Below are positions 61,165-64,000 of a DNA stretch of 64,000 nt, one piece after another. Both the position numbers and the translations under genes were made by a program. Source of the DNA: Carcharhinus longimanus. Lineage: Eukaryota. Numbering within the stretch: position 1 is the first letter of the stretch; every line of letters starts with the position of its first letter. The stretch covers positions 84,205,363-84,269,362 of the forward strand of contig JASCQW010000027.1 of assembly GCA_030264375.1 (NCBI GenBank), read 5' to 3'. Under the pieces are notes generated by a model. It searched no databases, had not been told where the DNA came from, and saw only the letters and a list, made by a program, of their open reading frames with translations.

Positions 61165-62268
61165 CTTGCTGAAATCTATTCTCCCCCTCCTTCTCCTCTG
61201 GAGTGTGGAGTCAAAAATGAAAGTGGTAGCTTCAAATCAGCATTGCACCATGCTGCTTTACATGTTATCAAGGCATGGGAGCAAACCTCTCCACCAAACT
61301 GGCTTTGTATTCATTACACTGTGATTCTGTGGGTGAAATCTAAGCAAAAAAATGGCAAAGCCTTGGTTTCAGTGAGGAAAATGACATGTTTCTCTCCAGA
61401 TTTTACCACATTCTCACAAAAAAAAGTTGGGTGTTTCATGTCATTATGTTGTGGGATAGGTGGGTGAGCCTCAACATGATGACAAGCCTAGCTGCGATGA
61501 GATTGGCTTGTCCTGTTTTAAGGGCACCCCAATCAAAGGCAAAAGTGGCCTCCCTTCGCACCCCACCATGGAACTCTCAGGGGCTACCCCCACCCCCAAC
61601 ACCCTGATCAAAGCCAAAATTTACCTCCGACCCTCCTCCCCAATCAAGGGTGGCAATTCTCCCCCAATTCACCACTTCCAGCACCTTCACTCCCCAAATG
61701 TTGGACCCTTTCCGCTCCTCTAGCAGTCAGGAGAGGGAGAATAGATTTCAGCAATAGATATCATTGGAATTCCCATATTCCACATCCACTCCCACTCACT
61801 CACACCATAAATTAATCCTTACTCCTTCATGAGACTCCCATTGGAGTCCACCCCAGCACTGCCCCCGGCGCAGGATGACCTGTGTCAGGTGGCACTGCCA
61901 GAGGGCAATGCAAGGCCAGTGCAAGACCATATCCATCTCCCTGGGGATGAGGCTCACCTTTAAGCCCCCGGGGGGAACCCCACCAAAGACTGGGTGAACC
62001 TATTGTAAACGGCACTGACATGACGTCACATCAACAGTTTAATAATATGATGAGAGCTCAATATCTGGAGGGGGTTGTTTAATAATATGGAAATATGTTG
62101 TAATATATTTAAATCAGCGTCACCTCCATTGTGGCCATGAACCTGATAATGTTGCCGGCAAGGGGTGGTGAAATCAGAAGTCATGATTTTGCCAGCAAGA
62201 TTCATGACATCCAGGTTTTGCTGGATACTGAGTCCCCATCTCCAATCCTGTGGCTCAAGATCCTGCCC
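61165..62268. mobile_element. Harbinger-type non-autonomous element
   Basis: C-rich interior, ggcactgcc motifs and aagatcctgccc end, as in 20935-21911 and 38413-39568. Confidence 0.45.
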
Positions 62269-63664
62269 AATATCATCGATTCCTATTGATCTACTCTGTA
62301 TTCAAATTGATTCTATTGATTAAATTTATTAGTTTTCAAAATAACAGTAGTTATTAAAATGTAGATAAGTAAGTGTGGTAGAGATGTAAATGGGAAACTA
62401 TTGCCTCAATTTTTATTGGAAGCAAAGGAAGGATAGGAGAGGAGATAACATCTTGAAGTCCAAAACCCCACCTCCAGACTGTTGCTGTTTGTCATTACCA
62501 TGATATTAATGTCAGTTCAGACCATGGATAAGGGTACTGCTAATAGGCAGACCAATCTACGTAAAGTGCAAAAGCCTGGTGATTTGGTACACTCAGCCAA
62601 CATTTTGAGTCAGGATGACTCCTTTGTCATTCCTTCANNNNNNNNNNNNNNNNNNNNNNNNNNNNNNNNNNNNNNNNNNNNNNNNNNNNNNNNNNNNNNN
62701 NNNNNNNNNNNNNNNNNNNNNNNNNNNNNNNNNNNNNGTCATTCCTTCACATATGTTGCCTGACTGAGTATTGTCAGAATTTTATTTTGTGTTTAGACAT
62801 TCCAAGGCCTATCCCACCCCAGCTGGACAGGTATCCTCAGTACCCAACTCTATCTTCGCCCATGCCCCTCCCCCACTGATGACCCTAATGTTAATTTTGA
62901 TTTGATATTTTCACCAGTATACACCATCAACTTTGCAATACTTTTTTGTTTAAGTATTGAGTTCCTTTATCTATCTCAAAATTAATATGTCATTTCTCTT
63001 GAAACCAGCTATCTAACAATTTCTCCTAAACCCTGTCTCATTCTCACTCTCTGATCGCTCTACCAGTTTGTTCACTTCCTTTATCATTCTTTCCTTGGCT
63101 GACAAGGGCAATTTTGCATTGTGTTTTCAAACTTTAGGTAAGTTTTTTTTACTACTAATACGTATTTGGATATTCTTCTCATGAGACCTGGCAAAGCAAT
63201 TACATTCTATAATCTGCTAATGATTAGCTCGGTGTGCACAGTGAAATTTCTGCTCACTCAGCCATGTTGCCAGTATTGTACAAGTGTTTTGGCTGAATTT
63301 TGTTTGCCTCTGATGCCCTGAAAATATTATCTGAGTCCTCTGGGTCTCCAATGCTCACTCAGTAGTCAGACTTTGATTTGACCATCTGCCAACCCTAGTC
63401 ACAATCCTATATTATAAAGGCTGTCTGTGGTTGATTTGTAAGTATAATACTTATCCATTTTCCTCAATACACATCACAGTTGCTCAGTTGTTTCTTCTTG
63501 AGTTTAAAATCTGTCAGATCTTCTGATGTGTGAACTTTTCCTCAGACAAGTCCATCATTATCTCCTGTTTCTAGTTATTTGTCTCTTACACTGTACACAC
63601 CAACTGTCTTACTCACCTTTATTGCTTTCTCACTTGACAATACAATTAGATATTGGCCAGCATT

Positions 63665-63981
63665 TAGAACTATAGAAATCTTAGAGCACAGAAGGAGGCC
63701 ATTCAGCCCATTAAGCCTGCATTGACAGTAATTCCATCCAGGCCCTATCCCTGTAACTCCATGTATCTAACCTGCTAGTCTCCCTGACGCTAAGGGACAA
63801 TTTATTATGGCCAATCAACCTGATCAGCACATCTTTGGAGCGTGGGAGGAAACTGGAGCAACCGGAGGAAACCCACACAGACATGGGGAGAATGTGCAGG
63901 CTCCACTCAGACAGTGACCCAAGGCTGGATTTGAACTTTGATCCTTGGCGCAGTGAGGCAATAGTGCCAACATGCTGCCCT
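63665..63981 (-). mobile_element. HE1-like V-SINE
   Basis: Head, V-domain and CR1-like tail. Confidence 0.9.
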
Positions 63982-64000
63982 TGGTTTTGCATCCAAAGCA

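Noticed and set aside
62626-62750. GTCATTCCTTCA on both sides of a gap
   Set aside because: Could be a TSD or a contig overlap, but the interior is all N

Overview
Eukaryotic, AT-rich, gap-containing genomic DNA, almost certainly from a shark or other elasmobranch. The evidence is HE1-type V-SINEs, SacSINE1/Deu-type SINEs, CR1/HER1 LINEs and shark-type Penelope elements. Most of the window is decayed transposable elements: two LINE families of the CR1/L2 group, Rex/Babar-like 3' ends, Tx1 fragments, Penelope elements with minimal hammerhead ribozyme motifs, PIF/Harbinger remnants and MITEs, and Gypsy/Mag LTR remnants. I find no intact protein-coding gene, and nearly all listed ORFs are TE fragments, antisense shadows or N-gap artefacts. 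The best signals are: (1) a four-level nested insertion at 0.1-4.2 kb whose core is a head-to-tail array of divergent Tx1 3' ends punctuated by the same 14-bp sequence inside an LTR-like element, suggesting an LTR-targeting site-specific retrotransposon; (2) two families of Penelope hammerhead elements, three copies with exact 12-13 bp TSDs; (3) a series of minus-strand exon-like segments with splice signals and single premature stops, one of them locally duplicated, suggesting a decaying host gene. Family names come from motif recognition without database searches, and most TE boundaries are approximate.
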